This document shows, piece after piece, positions 38,890 to 48,738 of a stretch of 64,000 bases of DNA. Under the pieces are notes generated by a model. That model made no database searches. It was not told where the DNA came from and was given only the letters and a program-made list of their open reading frames with translations. This stretch comes from an uncultured Chloroflexia bacterium (GTDB lineage: Bacteria; Chloroflexota; Limnocylindria; Limnocylindrales; CSP1-4). Numbering within the stretch: the stretch's first letter is position 1; every line of letters starts with the position of its first letter. Position numbers and translations under genes: made by a program. The stretch lies in the NCBI GenBank assembly GCA_963716375.1, contig OY970306.1, positions 1,137,220-1,201,219 on the forward strand. Direction: 5' to 3'.

Positions 38890-39993
38890 ATGGCCTCCGA
38901 GATCACCTACCCGCCCGAAGCCCCGGCACGGAGCGGCGCCCGACGCCTGTCGTTCCTCGATCGCTACTTAACCCTGTGGATCGTCGGGGCCATGGTCCTC
39001 GGCGTCGCGATCGGCTACTTCATCCCTGCGAGTGAGTCCGTCATCAACGGGTTCTCGGTCGGGACAACGAACGTCCTGATCGCCGTCGGCCTGATCCTGA
39101 TGATGTATCCGCCGCTCGCCAAGGTCCGCTACGAGGAGCTGGGCGACGTCTTCCGGAACACCCGCGTGCTGGGCCTCTCCCTCGGCCTGAACTGGGTGAT
39201 CGGGCCGATCCTGATGTTCGTCCTCGCGATCGTCTTCCTGCACGACTATCCGGAGTACATGGTCGGCCTGATCCTGATCGGTCTCGCGCGCTGCATCGCG
39301 ATGGTCATCGTCTGGAACGAGCTGGCCAAGGGCGACACGGATTACTGCGCCGGGCTCGTCGCGTTCAACAGCCTCTTCCAGGTCCTGTTCTACAGCGTCT
39401 ACGCCTGGTTCTTCATCACGATCCTGCCGCCGCTCTTCGGCCTCAGGGGCATCGTCGTCAACGTCAGCATCACGGACATCGCGAGCAGCGTGTTCATCTA
39501 CCTCGGCATCCCCTTCATCGCTGGGCTGCTGACGCGGTACGTGCTGATTCGGCGGCGCGGCCGGGAGTGGTACGAGCGGGTATTCATCCCTCGGATCAGC
39601 CCCATCACCCTCGTCGCGCTGCTGTTCACGATCGTCGTGATGTTCAGCCTCAAGGGCAACCTCATCGTGTCGATCCCCCTCGACGTCGTCCGGATCGCGA
39701 TCCCGCTGCTGATCTACTTCGTGGTGATGTTCCTGCTCAGCTTCTGGCTCAGCCACCGGATCCGGACGGACTACCCCAAGAGCGCCTCACTCTCGTTCAC
39801 GGCCGCCAGCAACAACTTCGAGCTGGCCATCGCGGTCTCGGTCGCCGTATTCGGGATCGGTTCAGGCGTGGCGTTCGCCGCGGTGATCGGACCGCTCGTC
39901 GAGGTCCCCGTACTGATCTCGCTCGTCAACGTCGCGCTGTACTTCCAGCGCCGCTACTACGCAGGTTCGCCGGTCGTCGGGGCGACGGCCTGA
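38890..39993 (+). CDS. acr3: Acr3 family arsenite efflux transporter
   Basis: [55 protein letters not shown]. Confidence 0.96.
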   Translation: MASEITYPPEAPARSGARRLSFLDRYLTLWIVGAMVLGVAIGYFIPASESVINGFSVGTTNVLIAVGLILMMYPPLAKVRYEELGDVFRNTRVLGLSLGLNWVIGPILMFVLAIVFLHDYPEYMVGLILIGLARCIAMVIVWNELAKGDTDYCAGLVAFNSLFQVLFYSVYAWFFITILPPLFGLRGIVVNVSITDIASSVFIYLGIPFIAGLLTRYVLIRRRGREWYERVFIPRISPITLVALLFTIVVMFSLKGNLIVSIPLDVVRIAIPLLIYFVVMFLLSFWLSHRIRTDYPKSASLSFTAASNNFELAIAVSVAVFGIGSGVAFAAVIGPLVEVPVLISLVNVALYFQRRYYAGSPVVGATA

Positions 39994-40028
39994 TCCTCGG
40001 CAACGGCGGTCGCCAGCCGGTTGCCCTG

Positions 40029-40268
40029 TCACGACGCGAGTTGGTCAAGCTCCTCGTGGCGGCGATAGCCCGCCTGCGCCTCATCGACGCAGCCGCAGCG
40101 CTCGAACAGACGGGCGAGGTGCCACCGCACTGTCTCGTGGCTGGTCCCAAGGACCGCGGCGGCCTCCTTGCGCGATCCGGTCTCGCAGCGAGCGCGCAGT
40201 ACCTCGAGCTGGCGTGGAGTAGGGGAGCGGGTAGCGCGTCCGGGCGGTTGCGTGCTGGTCGGCATCAC
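40029..40268 (-). CDS. Small LuxR-like HTH protein next to attR
   Basis: PTPRQLEVLRA..SRKEAAAVLGTSHETVRWHLARL. Confidence 0.7.
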   Translation of the reverse strand: MMPTSTQPPGRATRSPTPRQLEVLRARCETGSRKEAAAVLGTSHETVRWHLARLFERCGCVDEAQAGYRRHEELDQLAS

Positions 40269-40326
40269 CCGGCCCGTGACGCATTCCGTGACTGATTGGG
40301 CGCCAGTTTCCCGTACGGGCCGGCAT

Positions 40327-40373
40327 GGCTGTTAACCGCTTGGTCGTAGGTTCGAGTCCTACCGCCGGAGCCA
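40327..40373 (+). repeat. attR: 47-bp exact copy of the tRNA-Asn 3' part (29712-29758)
   Basis: GGCTGTTAACCGCTTGGTCGTAGGTTCGAGTCCTACCGCCGGAGCCA at both sites; the 5' tRNA half is absent here. Confidence 0.96.
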
Positions 40374-40601
40374 TTTCATGAGGAAGCCCACACCGGGTCC
40401 GCGTGGCTGACGTCGACCTGGATGGGCGTTTCAACTCGTGCCGGACCGGCGGAATCCGTCAACTCGTCCCGGACCGATCGCGCTCATCCCTGGGGCCGCT
40501 ATCAACCGAACTAGGTGATGTCGCGGCGCGCGCGTTGCCTGTATCGTCCGCGTTCGATCCCGGACGGACCGCCGCCCAGCGTGAAGATGAGGGAGGAACT
40601 C

Positions 40602-42341
40602 ATGACGGCTCCGGCAGCCACGCGCGCCGCGAAGACGAAGAAGCGGTTCCCGATCCTCGAGGGCGTTCTGCCGATCGACATGCCGCGCCTCCCGACTGAG
40701 GTCATCGCCGGTCTGACCCTGGCAGCCCTGGCGATGCCGGAAGTGATGGGCTACGCGAAGATCGCCGAGATGCCGGTGGTCCTGGGTCTGTACACCCTGG
40801 TCCTGCCGATGGCGGCGTTCGCCTTCTTCGGCTCATCGCGGCACCTGGTGGTCGGCGCCGACTCCGCGACGGCAGCCGTGCTGGCGACCGGTCTGGCGGG
40901 GATCGCCGCGGCCGGAGCGCCGGGTTCGGCCAGCTGGGTGGCTCTGGGCAGTCTGGCGGCGCTGATGTGCGCGGTGTTCATGATCGTCGGGCGGGTCATC
41001 AAGCTCGGCTTCATCGCCAACTTCCTGTCGCACAGCGTCCTGATCGGCTTCCTCACCGGCGTCGGGATCCAGGTCGCGATGGGCCAGGTTGCCGGGATGT
41101 TCGGGGTCAGCGACGGGAGCGGCACGACCCTCGAGAAGTTCGCCAACACACTCCGGGCCATCGCCGCCGGCGACACCAGCGTCCCGACACTGCTCGTGTC
41201 CATCGCGGTCCTTGCGACGATCGTCGGTCTTGAGCGAGTCAACAAGAAGATCCCCGGTGCACTGATCGCAGTGGTCGGTGCGATCGTGCTGAGCTACCTC
41301 TTCGATTTCGCCTCCCGCGGGATCACCACGATCGGCACGGTCCCGGGTGGGCTGCCACCGCTCGGCCTGCCGGCCATCCCGGCCGGGGACTGGGCGAACG
41401 ACATCATGGCCCTCCTGCCGATCGTCGCCTCGATGTTCGTTCTCATCCTCGCTCAGAGCGCCGCGACGTCGCGCGCCTACGCCATGAAATACGACGATAG
41501 TTTCAACGAGAACGTGGACCTCATCGGCCTCGGCCTGGCCAACGCCGCCGCGGGCCTGAGCGGCACATTCGTGGTCAACGGATCGCCGACGAAGACCGAG
41601 ATGGTCGACAACGCCGGGGGTCGAAGCCAGATCGCGATGCTGGCCACAGGGGTCGTGGTGGTGGTGGTCCTGCTCTTCCTCACCGTCGCGCTGTCCTACA
41701 TGCCCAACGCCGTCCTGTCGGCGGTCGTCTTCCTGATCGGCCTCAAGCTCGTCGACTACCTTGGGATGCGCGGCATCTACGGGCTGCGCAGGGATGAGTT
41801 CGTCGTCGCTGCCATCACTGCGGCAGTGGTCGTCGTGGTCGGCGTCGAGCAGGGCATCATCCTTGCGATCATCCTGTCGCTCGTCCTCGTGCTGATGCAC
41901 GTCTACAAGCCACACGATCGCGTGCTGGCCTTCGGCGCCGACGGTGGCGAGCCGACCATGTCGTCGGTCGAGCAGCCGGTCCAGGCCGCCCCCGGCCTCG
42001 TGATCTACGACTTCGGCGCGGAGCTGTTCTACGCCAACTCGACTCGATTCACCGAGGAGATCATGGACATTGTCGAGAGCGCCGATCCGCCGCTGAAGTG
42101 GCTGGCGATCAACGCTGTCGCCATCGGCGACGTGGACTTCTCGGGTGCCGACTCGCTGCGCCAGATCCAGAACGAGCTGGTTCGCCAGAACGCGACCCTG
42201 GTCCTGTGCGCGGTCGATCCAGCCGTGCGCAAGCTGCTGGACGCGTACGGCTTGGCCGACAAGATCGGCGCCGAGCACTTCTTCGACCGGCCGATCGACG
42301 TCGTGACGGCCTATTCGAAGCTGGCGCCAGCCGCGAGCTGA
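40602..42341 (+). CDS. SulP family anion transporter with STAS domain
   Basis: PEVMGYAKIA, GSSRHLVVGADSATAA, VNGSPTKT, C-terminal LFYAN..DVDFSG STAS; GGAGG RBS. Confidence 0.94.
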   Translation: MTAPAATRAAKTKKRFPILEGVLPIDMPRLPTEVIAGLTLAALAMPEVMGYAKIAEMPVVLGLYTLVLPMAAFAFFGSSRHLVVGADSATAAVLATGLAGIAAAGAPGSASWVALGSLAALMCAVFMIVGRVIKLGFIANFLSHSVLIGFLTGVGIQVAMGQVAGMFGVSDGSGTTLEKFANTLRAIAAGDTSVPTLLVSIAVLATIVGLERVNKKIPGALIAVVGAIVLSYLFDFASRGITTIGTVPGGLPPLGLPAIPAGDWANDIMALLPIVASMFVLILAQSAATSRAYAMKYDDSFNENVDLIGLGLANAAAGLSGTFVVNGSPTKTEMVDNAGGRSQIAMLATGVVVVVVLLFLTVALSYMPNAVLSAVVFLIGLKLVDYLGMRGIYGLRRDEFVVAAITAAVVVVVGVEQGIILAIILSLVLVLMHVYKPHDRVLAFGADGGEPTMSSVEQPVQAAPGLVIYDFGAELFYANSTRFTEEIMDIVESADPPLKWLAINAVAIGDVDFSGADSLRQIQNELVRQNATLVLCAVDPAVRKLLDAYGLADKIGAEHFFDRPIDVVTAYSKLAPAAS

Positions 42342-42539
42342 CTGCGGTGACCTGAAGACAGCGGGACATGGCCGTCAGCGAGGCACCACGTCGGGGCGCT
42401 GGCTGGCGGCACGGACCGTCCAGAGATCCGGTGGCGATCGCCGGCTGCCTCGGTGACGGCAACGGCGTCGACCACGCCCTGGCCGACGCCGCCGCGTTGC
42501 CCGTGACTCGGTGGTCATGGATTCCCGTCGCGGAGTACC

Positions 42540-43967
42540 GTGACCCAAATGAATCCAGCCGACTCGTCTGTCCCGGTCCAGATGCTGACCGGCGGCCCGC
42601 CTGCGTTCCACATGCTGGCCAAGCCGACCGGCGCGACCTGCAACCTCGATTGTGCGTACTGCTTCTTCCTGTCCAAGGAGATGCTCTACCCGGGCAGCCG
42701 TTTCCGGATGGCGGACGAGCTCCTCGAGACCTACATCCGCCAGCTGATCGAGGCACACCGGACTCCGCACGTGAGCGTCGCCTGGCAGGGCGGCGAGCCG
42801 ACGCTCATGGGCGCCGACTTCTTCCGTCGGGCGCACGCCTATGTCGAGAAGTACCGCCGGCCGGGAATGGAGATCGAGTACACGATCCAGACGAACGGCA
42901 CGCTGATCGACGATGAGCTGGCGGCGCTGTTCAAGGAATACGACTACCTCGTGGGGATCAGCATCGATGGGCCGCCCGAGATGCATGACGCATATCGCGT
43001 TGACCGCGGCGGTGCGCCGACGTCCGGCCGGGTCCTGCGCGGACTGGAGATGCTCAAGAAGCACGGCGTCGAATTCAACACGCTGACGACCCTCCATCGG
43101 GCGAACGCCGATCACCCGCTCGAGGTCTATCGCTACCTGCGCGATGAACTCGGCTCACGCTACCTCCAGTTCATCCCGATCATCGAGCGGCTGCCGTCGC
43201 CGCGGATCGACGTCACGCTCGACCAGATCGAACTGTCACCCGGGCTCGCGCGCGATGCGCCATGGCGCTCGTGGCGCGATCGGCCGCTCTACCGCCAGGA
43301 GGGGAGCCTCGTCACGGATCGGTCCGTGACGGCGGACCAGTACGGCCGCTTCCTGGTCGACGTCTTCGAGGAGTGGGTCCGGCGCGATATCGGCACCGTC
43401 TACGTCCAGATGTTCGATGTCGCCCTGGCCAGCTGGCACGGTGAGCCCGGCGGCCTGTGCGTCTTCCAGCCGACCTGCGGCGGCGCCCTCACGATGGAGC
43501 ACAACGGCGACGTCTACTCGTGCGACCACTTCGTCGAGGAGGGCTACAGGCTCGGCAACATCACCGAGACGCCGATGGCCGAGCTCGTGGCCTCACCGGC
43601 CCAGCGCAAGTTCGGTCAGGACAAGCTCGACACGCTGCCGCAGTACTGCCTCGACTGCGACGTCCGGTTCGCCTGTCACGGCGCCTGCCCCAAGGACCGG
43701 TTCATCCGGACCCCCGACGGCGAGCCCGGGCTCAACTACCTGTGCGCCGGCTATCAGGCGTTCTTCCACCACGTCGACGAACCGATGAAGGCGATGTCCG
43801 GGCTGCTGCGCCAGGGCCGAGCGCCATCTGAACTGATGGCCGTGTACCAGGCTCGCGACGCTGCGGTCCGGGCGGCCGTGGCGAAGGCCGGGCGCAACGA
43901 CCCGTGCCCCTGCGGCAGTGGCCGCAAGGTCAAGCACTGCCACGGGGCGACGAGCGGGGTGCAGTAG
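42540..43967 (+). CDS. Anaerobic sulfatase maturase (radical SAM/SPASM) with C-terminal SEC-C motif
   Basis: KPTGATCNLDCAYCF, WQGGEPTL, QTNG, YSCDHFV, CLDCDVRFACHGACPKDR, GRNDPCPCGSGRKVKHCHG. Confidence 0.95.
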   Translation: MTQMNPADSSVPVQMLTGGPPAFHMLAKPTGATCNLDCAYCFFLSKEMLYPGSRFRMADELLETYIRQLIEAHRTPHVSVAWQGGEPTLMGADFFRRAHAYVEKYRRPGMEIEYTIQTNGTLIDDELAALFKEYDYLVGISIDGPPEMHDAYRVDRGGAPTSGRVLRGLEMLKKHGVEFNTLTTLHRANADHPLEVYRYLRDELGSRYLQFIPIIERLPSPRIDVTLDQIELSPGLARDAPWRSWRDRPLYRQEGSLVTDRSVTADQYGRFLVDVFEEWVRRDIGTVYVQMFDVALASWHGEPGGLCVFQPTCGGALTMEHNGDVYSCDHFVEEGYRLGNITETPMAELVASPAQRKFGQDKLDTLPQYCLDCDVRFACHGACPKDRFIRTPDGEPGLNYLCAGYQAFFHHVDEPMKAMSGLLRQGRAPSELMAVYQARDAAVRAAVAKAGRNDPCPCGSGRKVKHCHGATSGVQ

Positions 43968-44014
43968 CCGCCGCGACCGCAACCCTCGAACCCTGGCTAC
44001 GTCGCAGAGCACCG

Positions 44015-44890
44015 TCAGGACGGCATGGATACCCGTCCGGACTCGATCGCCGCAAGGTACGCCTTGTGGTCATGCGCAATGACATCTGCGTAGGTCTCGG
44101 CGAAGTCGGCAACCGCCCCGTCGAACTTGTCGCTGGTTCCGAGGTACGCGGCGATCGCGACCGCGTCGCCCGAACGGGCATGTGAGCGCGCGAGCGCCCA
44201 GCCACAGATGCCTGCGTAGAAGCCGAGGCCGGGCGCCTGGATCTTCGCGATGTCCACCGAGCCCTTCATGTCCCACAGCTGGCGGATGTAGAAGTCGCGG
44301 CCACCTGGCCCGCGCGTCCAGCCGAGGAAGATGTCCGGGGTGGCCTGCATGATCTGCTGGCCGACGACGACGCGCTGACCATGGTTGGCAAAGGAACTCG
44401 GGTCGAGGAACGGCTCCATCACCGACGCCGTCGCCTCCTTCGCCTGGAGGATCAGCGGATCGTTCTCGTCTCGCCCTTCGAGCACGAGGATGAAGCAGCG
44501 CGTCCCGACGCTGCCGACGCCGACGACCTTGAGGGCGAAATCGACGAACCGGTAGCGCTCGAGGTAGTCACGCCGATTCTCGGGCATCGTCGCCCGGTAA
44601 TCCGTGAAGACTCGCTCCAGGACGCCGGAGCCGCCGACCCTTGTCGTGTCGACGTGGCTGACGACGGGCGGGTCGTCGAGCAGGACCCGTCGGCCGTCCA
44701 CGACCCCGGTGAGGGACTCGAACGCCCGCATCCCATCGCGCTGACGGGCCTTCGAGAAGATGGCCTCGAGTCGCTGCCGTCGCATGGCCGCGGATCGCCC
44801 CGAGAGAAGGCCGCTCGCCTCAGCGGCCGCCCGGAGATCGGCTTCGGTGATCTGCGCGTAGAGGACGTCGATGAGCCGCATCGCCGCGTA
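44015..44890 (-). pseudogene. DUF2252 family protein, 5'-truncated
   Basis: KVVGVGSVGTRC, LQAKEA, GQRVVVGQ, RDFYIRQLWDMKGS, LARSHARSGD; the N-terminal part is missing. Confidence 0.8.
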
Positions 44891-44984
44891 GCGCGTCGGT
44901 CGTCAGGGCGCCGCCCATCGCTGATCCGAACCGCCGCACGCCTGGACGGACGAATGGCGCCGACGAAGATCCAACGCCTTCGGC

Positions 44985-45286
44985 GGCCTGTCCCTAAGGA
45001 GCAGAGCCTGCTCGGCTACACGGGCGACGGTTTCGCGGGGCCCGCCCGGCAGCTCACCCCGGAGCCCGGCCACACCTTCCAGATCCTGGAAGATTGGCTC
45101 GACATCAGCACCGACCCGAACGGCGTCCTGGCGGACCTGCCCGGCGGGACGATGACGTTCGGGACCAATCGCTTCGAGCTGGTCTCCGCCGATGGCGTCC
45201 CGGGCAAGTACGTCGTCGTAGTCATCGTCACGGACCTGAACGGCAACAGCACCACGACCTACGCGACGGTCACCGTCACGAGGTAG
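44985..45286 (+). pseudogene. C-terminal fragment of a secreted protein (clostripain-like C-terminal domain?)
   Basis: Protein-like frame TFQILEDWLD..GGTMTFG..PGKYVVVVIVTDLNGN with no start codon; family assignment is from memory and weak. Confidence 0.45.
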
Positions 45287-45307
45287 CTCCGGGGGTCGGG
45301 CGGCCCG

Positions 45308-46264
45308 CTAACCGCCCGAATTCCCGGGCCCGCCGCCACCTGACGTCGGTTTCGGGGTCTCCGACGGTTTCGGCGTCGCCGAGGGTTTCGGCGTCTGGCT
45401 CGGTTTCGGCGTCTGGCTCGGTTTCGACGTCTGGCTGGGCTTCGGGGTTTCCGTCCCCGTGGCCGAGGGCGTGGCGGTCTGGGTGGCCGTAGCCGATGGC
45501 GTCGACGTGGGCCTGGCCGTTGCGGTGGCCGATGGCCTGGCCGTTGCCGAGCCAGTCGGGCTGGCGGTCGGGGCCGGCGACGGGCTTGGGCGTGGCGTGG
45601 CCGACGGCTTGGCGGATGGGCCGGGCGCCTTGGTCGGCGAGGGCGTGGGACCCGGCCCGGTGGTCGGTGTCGAGCTCGGCGGATTCGGGAGCGGCGAGAT
45701 CGTCGCCGTTGCGGCGGCCGATGGCAATGCAGCGGTCGGGACGGCTGGTTGGCTCGGCGCGACCTGGGACCCGGTCGGCGAAGGGGTTTCGGCCGGTGCG
45801 GAGACGGTTGCCGGCAGCCCGGAGGCCACGGGCGACGGAGCGGAGACGGTCGGCACGGGCGTTGTCGGCGCCGGTTGCGGCAGGAGCTGGCTCGCGCCAA
45901 CGGCCAGCAGGGTGGAACCACCAAGTACGAGAAGGAGTGCGAGCGCCGCGAGGGGCGCGGTCTGCAGCCGGATCGTCATCGGGCGACCGCCGGACAGCGT
46001 CACTCGGACGGCATCCCGCAGGGCCGCGAACATGGCCACCGGCCGCAGGTCACGCGCGGCACGTCCAGCCGCAGCGATGGGTGCCGGCGACGGCTCGGAT
46101 TCAAGGGCGGCCATCACGCGGTCGGCAAAGTCAGGGCTCGGCTCGCCCGGGCCAACCCGCGAACTCGCCTCGAGGCGGCGCGCTGTGGCCAGTGCGGCGA
46201 CGAGCTCCTCGGGGCTCGTGTCGCCAAGCTCTCCGGCATCGACCAGCCGTTCGCGATACGTCAT
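45308..46264 (-). CDS. Putative membrane anti-sigma factor with Pro/Ser/Thr-rich extracytoplasmic tail
   Basis: ATGA-coupled to the ECF sigma gene; PSPDFADRVMAAL anti-sigma-like motif, one transmembrane helix, PST tail. Confidence 0.75.
   Translation of the reverse strand: MTYRERLVDAGELGDTSPEELVAALATARRLEASSRVGPGEPSPDFADRVMAALESEPSPAPIAAAGRAARDLRPVAMFAALRDAVRVTLSGGRPMTIRLQTAPLAALALLLVLGGSTLLAVGASQLLPQPAPTTPVPTVSAPSPVASGLPATVSAPAETPSPTGSQVAPSQPAVPTAALPSAAATATISPLPNPPSSTPTTGPGPTPSPTKAPGPSAKPSATPRPSPSPAPTASPTGSATARPSATATARPTSTPSATATQTATPSATGTETPKPSQTSKPSQTPKPSQTPKPSATPKPSETPKPTSGGGGPGNSGG
45348..45455 (-). repeat. Six 18-bp coding tandem repeats (ETPKPS/QTPKPS)
   Basis: GGTTTCGGCGTCTGGCTC-type units starting at 45348, 45366, 45384, 45402, 45420 and 45438. 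Confidence 0.85.
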
Positions 46265-46833
46265 GGCGCGAACTGCCGCAGCTGTTCGATCTCGCCCAGC
46301 CGAAGGAGGCCGCGTCGCAGGTGCGTCTTGATCGTGGGGACGGGCCGGCCAGTGACCGCAGCGATCTCCGCGAGCGACAAGGAGCCGAAGAATTGCAGTG
46401 CGACGACCTCCCGATAGGGTTCGGGCAGTGCGGTCACGGCCTGCCGCACGGTCCGTTCCCGCTCGCCGTCGAGGGCCACGCCGAGCGGATCGCCGACCTC
46501 GCGGAACGCACCGCCGAAGGCAACCGGCTCGACGCCCCCGAGGTCCGGATCGGTCCATTGCACGGTCTTGCGGCCGGTGGCGCGACGCAGCGCGAGGCGA
46601 ATGGCGATGCGGGCAATCCAGGCGCCGAAGGGTCCCTCGCCGCGCCAGGTCGCGAGAGATCGATACGCCGTCACGAATGCCTCTTGGGCGACATCTTCAG
46701 CCTCGTGGTGGTTGCCGAGGATGCGCAGGCACGTGCCGACGACCGCCGACGACTCCCGCTCCACGAGGAAGCGGAAGGCGTCGCGGTCACCGGCGAGCAC
46801 GGCGTCCACTGTCTGGCGGGCAGCGACGTCCAA
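46261..46833 (-). CDS. ECF sigma-70 factor
   Basis: GDRDAFRFLV, EAEDVAQEAFVTAY, FGAWIARIA, LPEPYREVV..LAEIA..PVPTIKTHLRRG; exact start uncertain. Confidence 0.92.
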   Translation of the reverse strand: MDVAARQTVDAVLAGDRDAFRFLVERESSAVVGTCLRILGNHHEAEDVAQEAFVTAYRSLATWRGEGPFGAWIARIAIRLALRRATGRKTVQWTDPDLGGVEPVAFGGAFREVGDPLGVALDGERERTVRQAVTALPEPYREVVALQFFGSLSLAEIAAVTGRPVPTIKTHLRRGLLRLGEIEQLRQFAP

Positions 46834-46940
46834 GTTCGACGAGTCTCGATCCCGAATGGTCCCTCCTCGGGCCCGATCACCGACCAGGCCGACGACTGCG
46901 GGTTCACCGCTGAGTCGACGCCGGGACGAAGCGTCGGAGC

Positions 46941-47648
46941 TCAGCGGTCGTGGCCATGGCCGTGTCCGGGACCGTCCTTGCCGGATGAGCCACCGTGGTC
47001 ATCGACCGTGGGGACCGCTGTGGGCTGCTGAGTCTGATGCGTCTCAGACGCCTCGGCGGTTTCCGCCGGCTCCGGCGTTTCGGTGGGTTCGACAGTCGCG
47101 ACCGGCTTCGGCGAGGCCGACGGAGACTCGTGACGGCTGTCCGAGGACGACGAGTGGTGCTGGCCGGCTGACCCGCTCGACGGATCGTCGGTGCCGCTTG
47201 GATGCTGCCCGTGGTCATCGGTCGCAGTGGCGCCACCGTGGTCGTCGCCGGTGGAGGCCGGGCTCGACGAGTCGTCGCTGCCGGAGTTCGCCTCGGCGGT
47301 TTCGGCCGGCTCCGCCGTTTCGGCCGGCTCTGCGGTCTCGTTCGGCTCTGCCGTCTCGTTCGGCTCGGCCTTCTCGGCTGGTTCGTTCGTGCCGGTAGCA
47401 CCGGCCGCCGAGTTGTCATCGCTCGCGTCGTGGGTCGCCGTCGCCGCCGAACCCGGTGTCTCAGCAGCGGTCCGGTCCTCGGCCCCGACCGCATTCGTCG
47501 CCAGCCCATCGTCGGCGCCCTGGGCGAGGGCCTTCGCCGGCGGCGCCGGAGTCTGCGCAGCGATCGCGGTCCCGATCGCAACGGTGGCCAGGAGAACGCT
47601 GGCTGCGGCAAGGCCGGCCAGCCGTCGGCGCATCTGGAGAGTGGACAT
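46941..47648 (-). CDS. Secreted acidic low-complexity protein with ETAEP repeats and DDHG/His motifs
   Basis: GGAGG RBS before ATG 47648; signal peptide RRRLAGLAAASVLL..AIA; EPNETA/EPAETA repeats; ends GPGHGHGHDR. Confidence 0.7.
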   Translation of the reverse strand: MSTLQMRRRLAGLAAASVLLATVAIGTAIAAQTPAPPAKALAQGADDGLATNAVGAEDRTAAETPGSAATATHDASDDNSAAGATGTNEPAEKAEPNETAEPNETAEPAETAEPAETAEANSGSDDSSSPASTGDDHGGATATDDHGQHPSGTDDPSSGSAGQHHSSSSDSRHESPSASPKPVATVEPTETPEPAETAEASETHQTQQPTAVPTVDDHGGSSGKDGPGHGHGHDR

Positions 47649-47686
47649 CGGGTGGGCTCCTCCGTGGTGATGGGTGTTCATCCATC

Positions 47687-47714
47687 TGAGACACGGAGTC
47701 GCCAGAAGGTTTCA
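47687..47714 (-). promoter_or_regulatory. Putative ECF-sigma promoter
   Basis: TGAAAC-N16-GTCTCA upstream of the repeat protein-ECF-anti-sigma run. Confidence 0.6.
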
Positions 47715-47825
47715 GACGGCCGCGGATTCCTGCCCTCAAGCCTCGATCGAAGGGTTCGGTCACTGCTAGAGTCGCGCTCACCCGGTCCGCAAGGATCGGT
47801 GGCTCACGTGCACGAGGCCCCGCAC

Positions 47826-48563
47826 ATGCTGAGCGCGAACAGGTCAATCTCCCGGGCCATCGGGTTGGCCGCGATTCTGCTGTTTTCCGGGGGCCTGGCT
47901 GGTGCGTCGGGCGCCCGCGCGATCGGCGGCACCTGCCAGGCGGGGAGCCCCGCCGGCACGACGACGCCGTTCATCCTGGACCTGCGGACCGGGACGACGA
48001 TTGGCAGCCTGCCGTCCCAGATCACGTTCATCCGGGGCTACGGGACCTCGAGCTGGAAGCGACCGGCCCTCCGAATCGACGTCAAGCCGCCCTGCACCCA
48101 GATCAACATCGTCGTCGAGTACGAGGGCACGCCAACCGGGTGGACGGTCGATATCGGCGACCTGCCGACCGACAACGGCGGTGGCGGCGGGACGATGCCC
48201 GACGATTCCGGGACGCCGACCTGCAACGACGCCGAGGTCCAGGTCTACCAGCTGAAGCTGAGTGTCTTCAGCAACGAGGTCCCGACCTGCACCGCGACGA
48301 GTCTCGTGACGCTCGCCACGGCCAACCTCTCACTGAAGAATTCGGCGCTCAAGTTCGTGGTGAGGAATGGCTTCGTCAGCTGGGGCAACCCCTACACGCA
48401 GACCGCTTCGCCCCGGCTGTTCAGCATCCCCGACCCGAACTTCCCCGAGCCCCTCAGCAGCCTCGGCAACTCGGTCTACGTCTCGTTCAACTCGGTCATC
48501 GGCCCGGCGAGCCCCGCCAGGGTCGGGACGGGCGCGCGTCGGGTGACGATCACGCTCCAGTAG
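47826..48563 (+). CDS. Secreted hypothetical protein
   Basis: Signal peptide ending ARA, four Cys, beta-rich sequence. Confidence 0.65.
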   Translation: MLSANRSISRAIGLAAILLFSGGLAGASGARAIGGTCQAGSPAGTTTPFILDLRTGTTIGSLPSQITFIRGYGTSSWKRPALRIDVKPPCTQINIVVEYEGTPTGWTVDIGDLPTDNGGGGGTMPDDSGTPTCNDAEVQVYQLKLSVFSNEVPTCTATSLVTLATANLSLKNSALKFVVRNGFVSWGNPYTQTASPRLFSIPDPNFPEPLSSLGNSVYVSFNSVIGPASPARVGTGARRVTITLQ

Positions 48564-48738
48564 CCGCTCGATTCCGCACGGCCGGCGGCCGCCCGGCGTC
48601 TGTTCGTGCCGCCCGGCTCCGCAACTGTGCACGGAACCGCCATGCCGCCCGCACGGAATCCACACAAGCGGCTGCGAGGATGACCGCATCAAGCAGCCGC
48701 CCGGGCCGTCCCCGGACCAGCATCGGAGAGACCATCAC

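Larger units (their letters stand above)
29712..40373. mobile_element. tRNA-Asn-integrated phage-derived island (cryptic prophage remnant), about 10.6 kb
   Basis: Bounded by 47-bp identical direct repeats; contains terminase, HNH, methyltransferase and holin remnants; no integrase recognised. Confidence 0.88.

Noticed and set aside
40327-40373. Second tRNA-Asn gene
   Set aside because: Lacks the 5' acceptor strand and D arm; it is the att duplicate.
45348-45455. CRISPR-like array
   Set aside because: Contiguous 18-bp in-frame coding repeats with no spacers and no cas genes.
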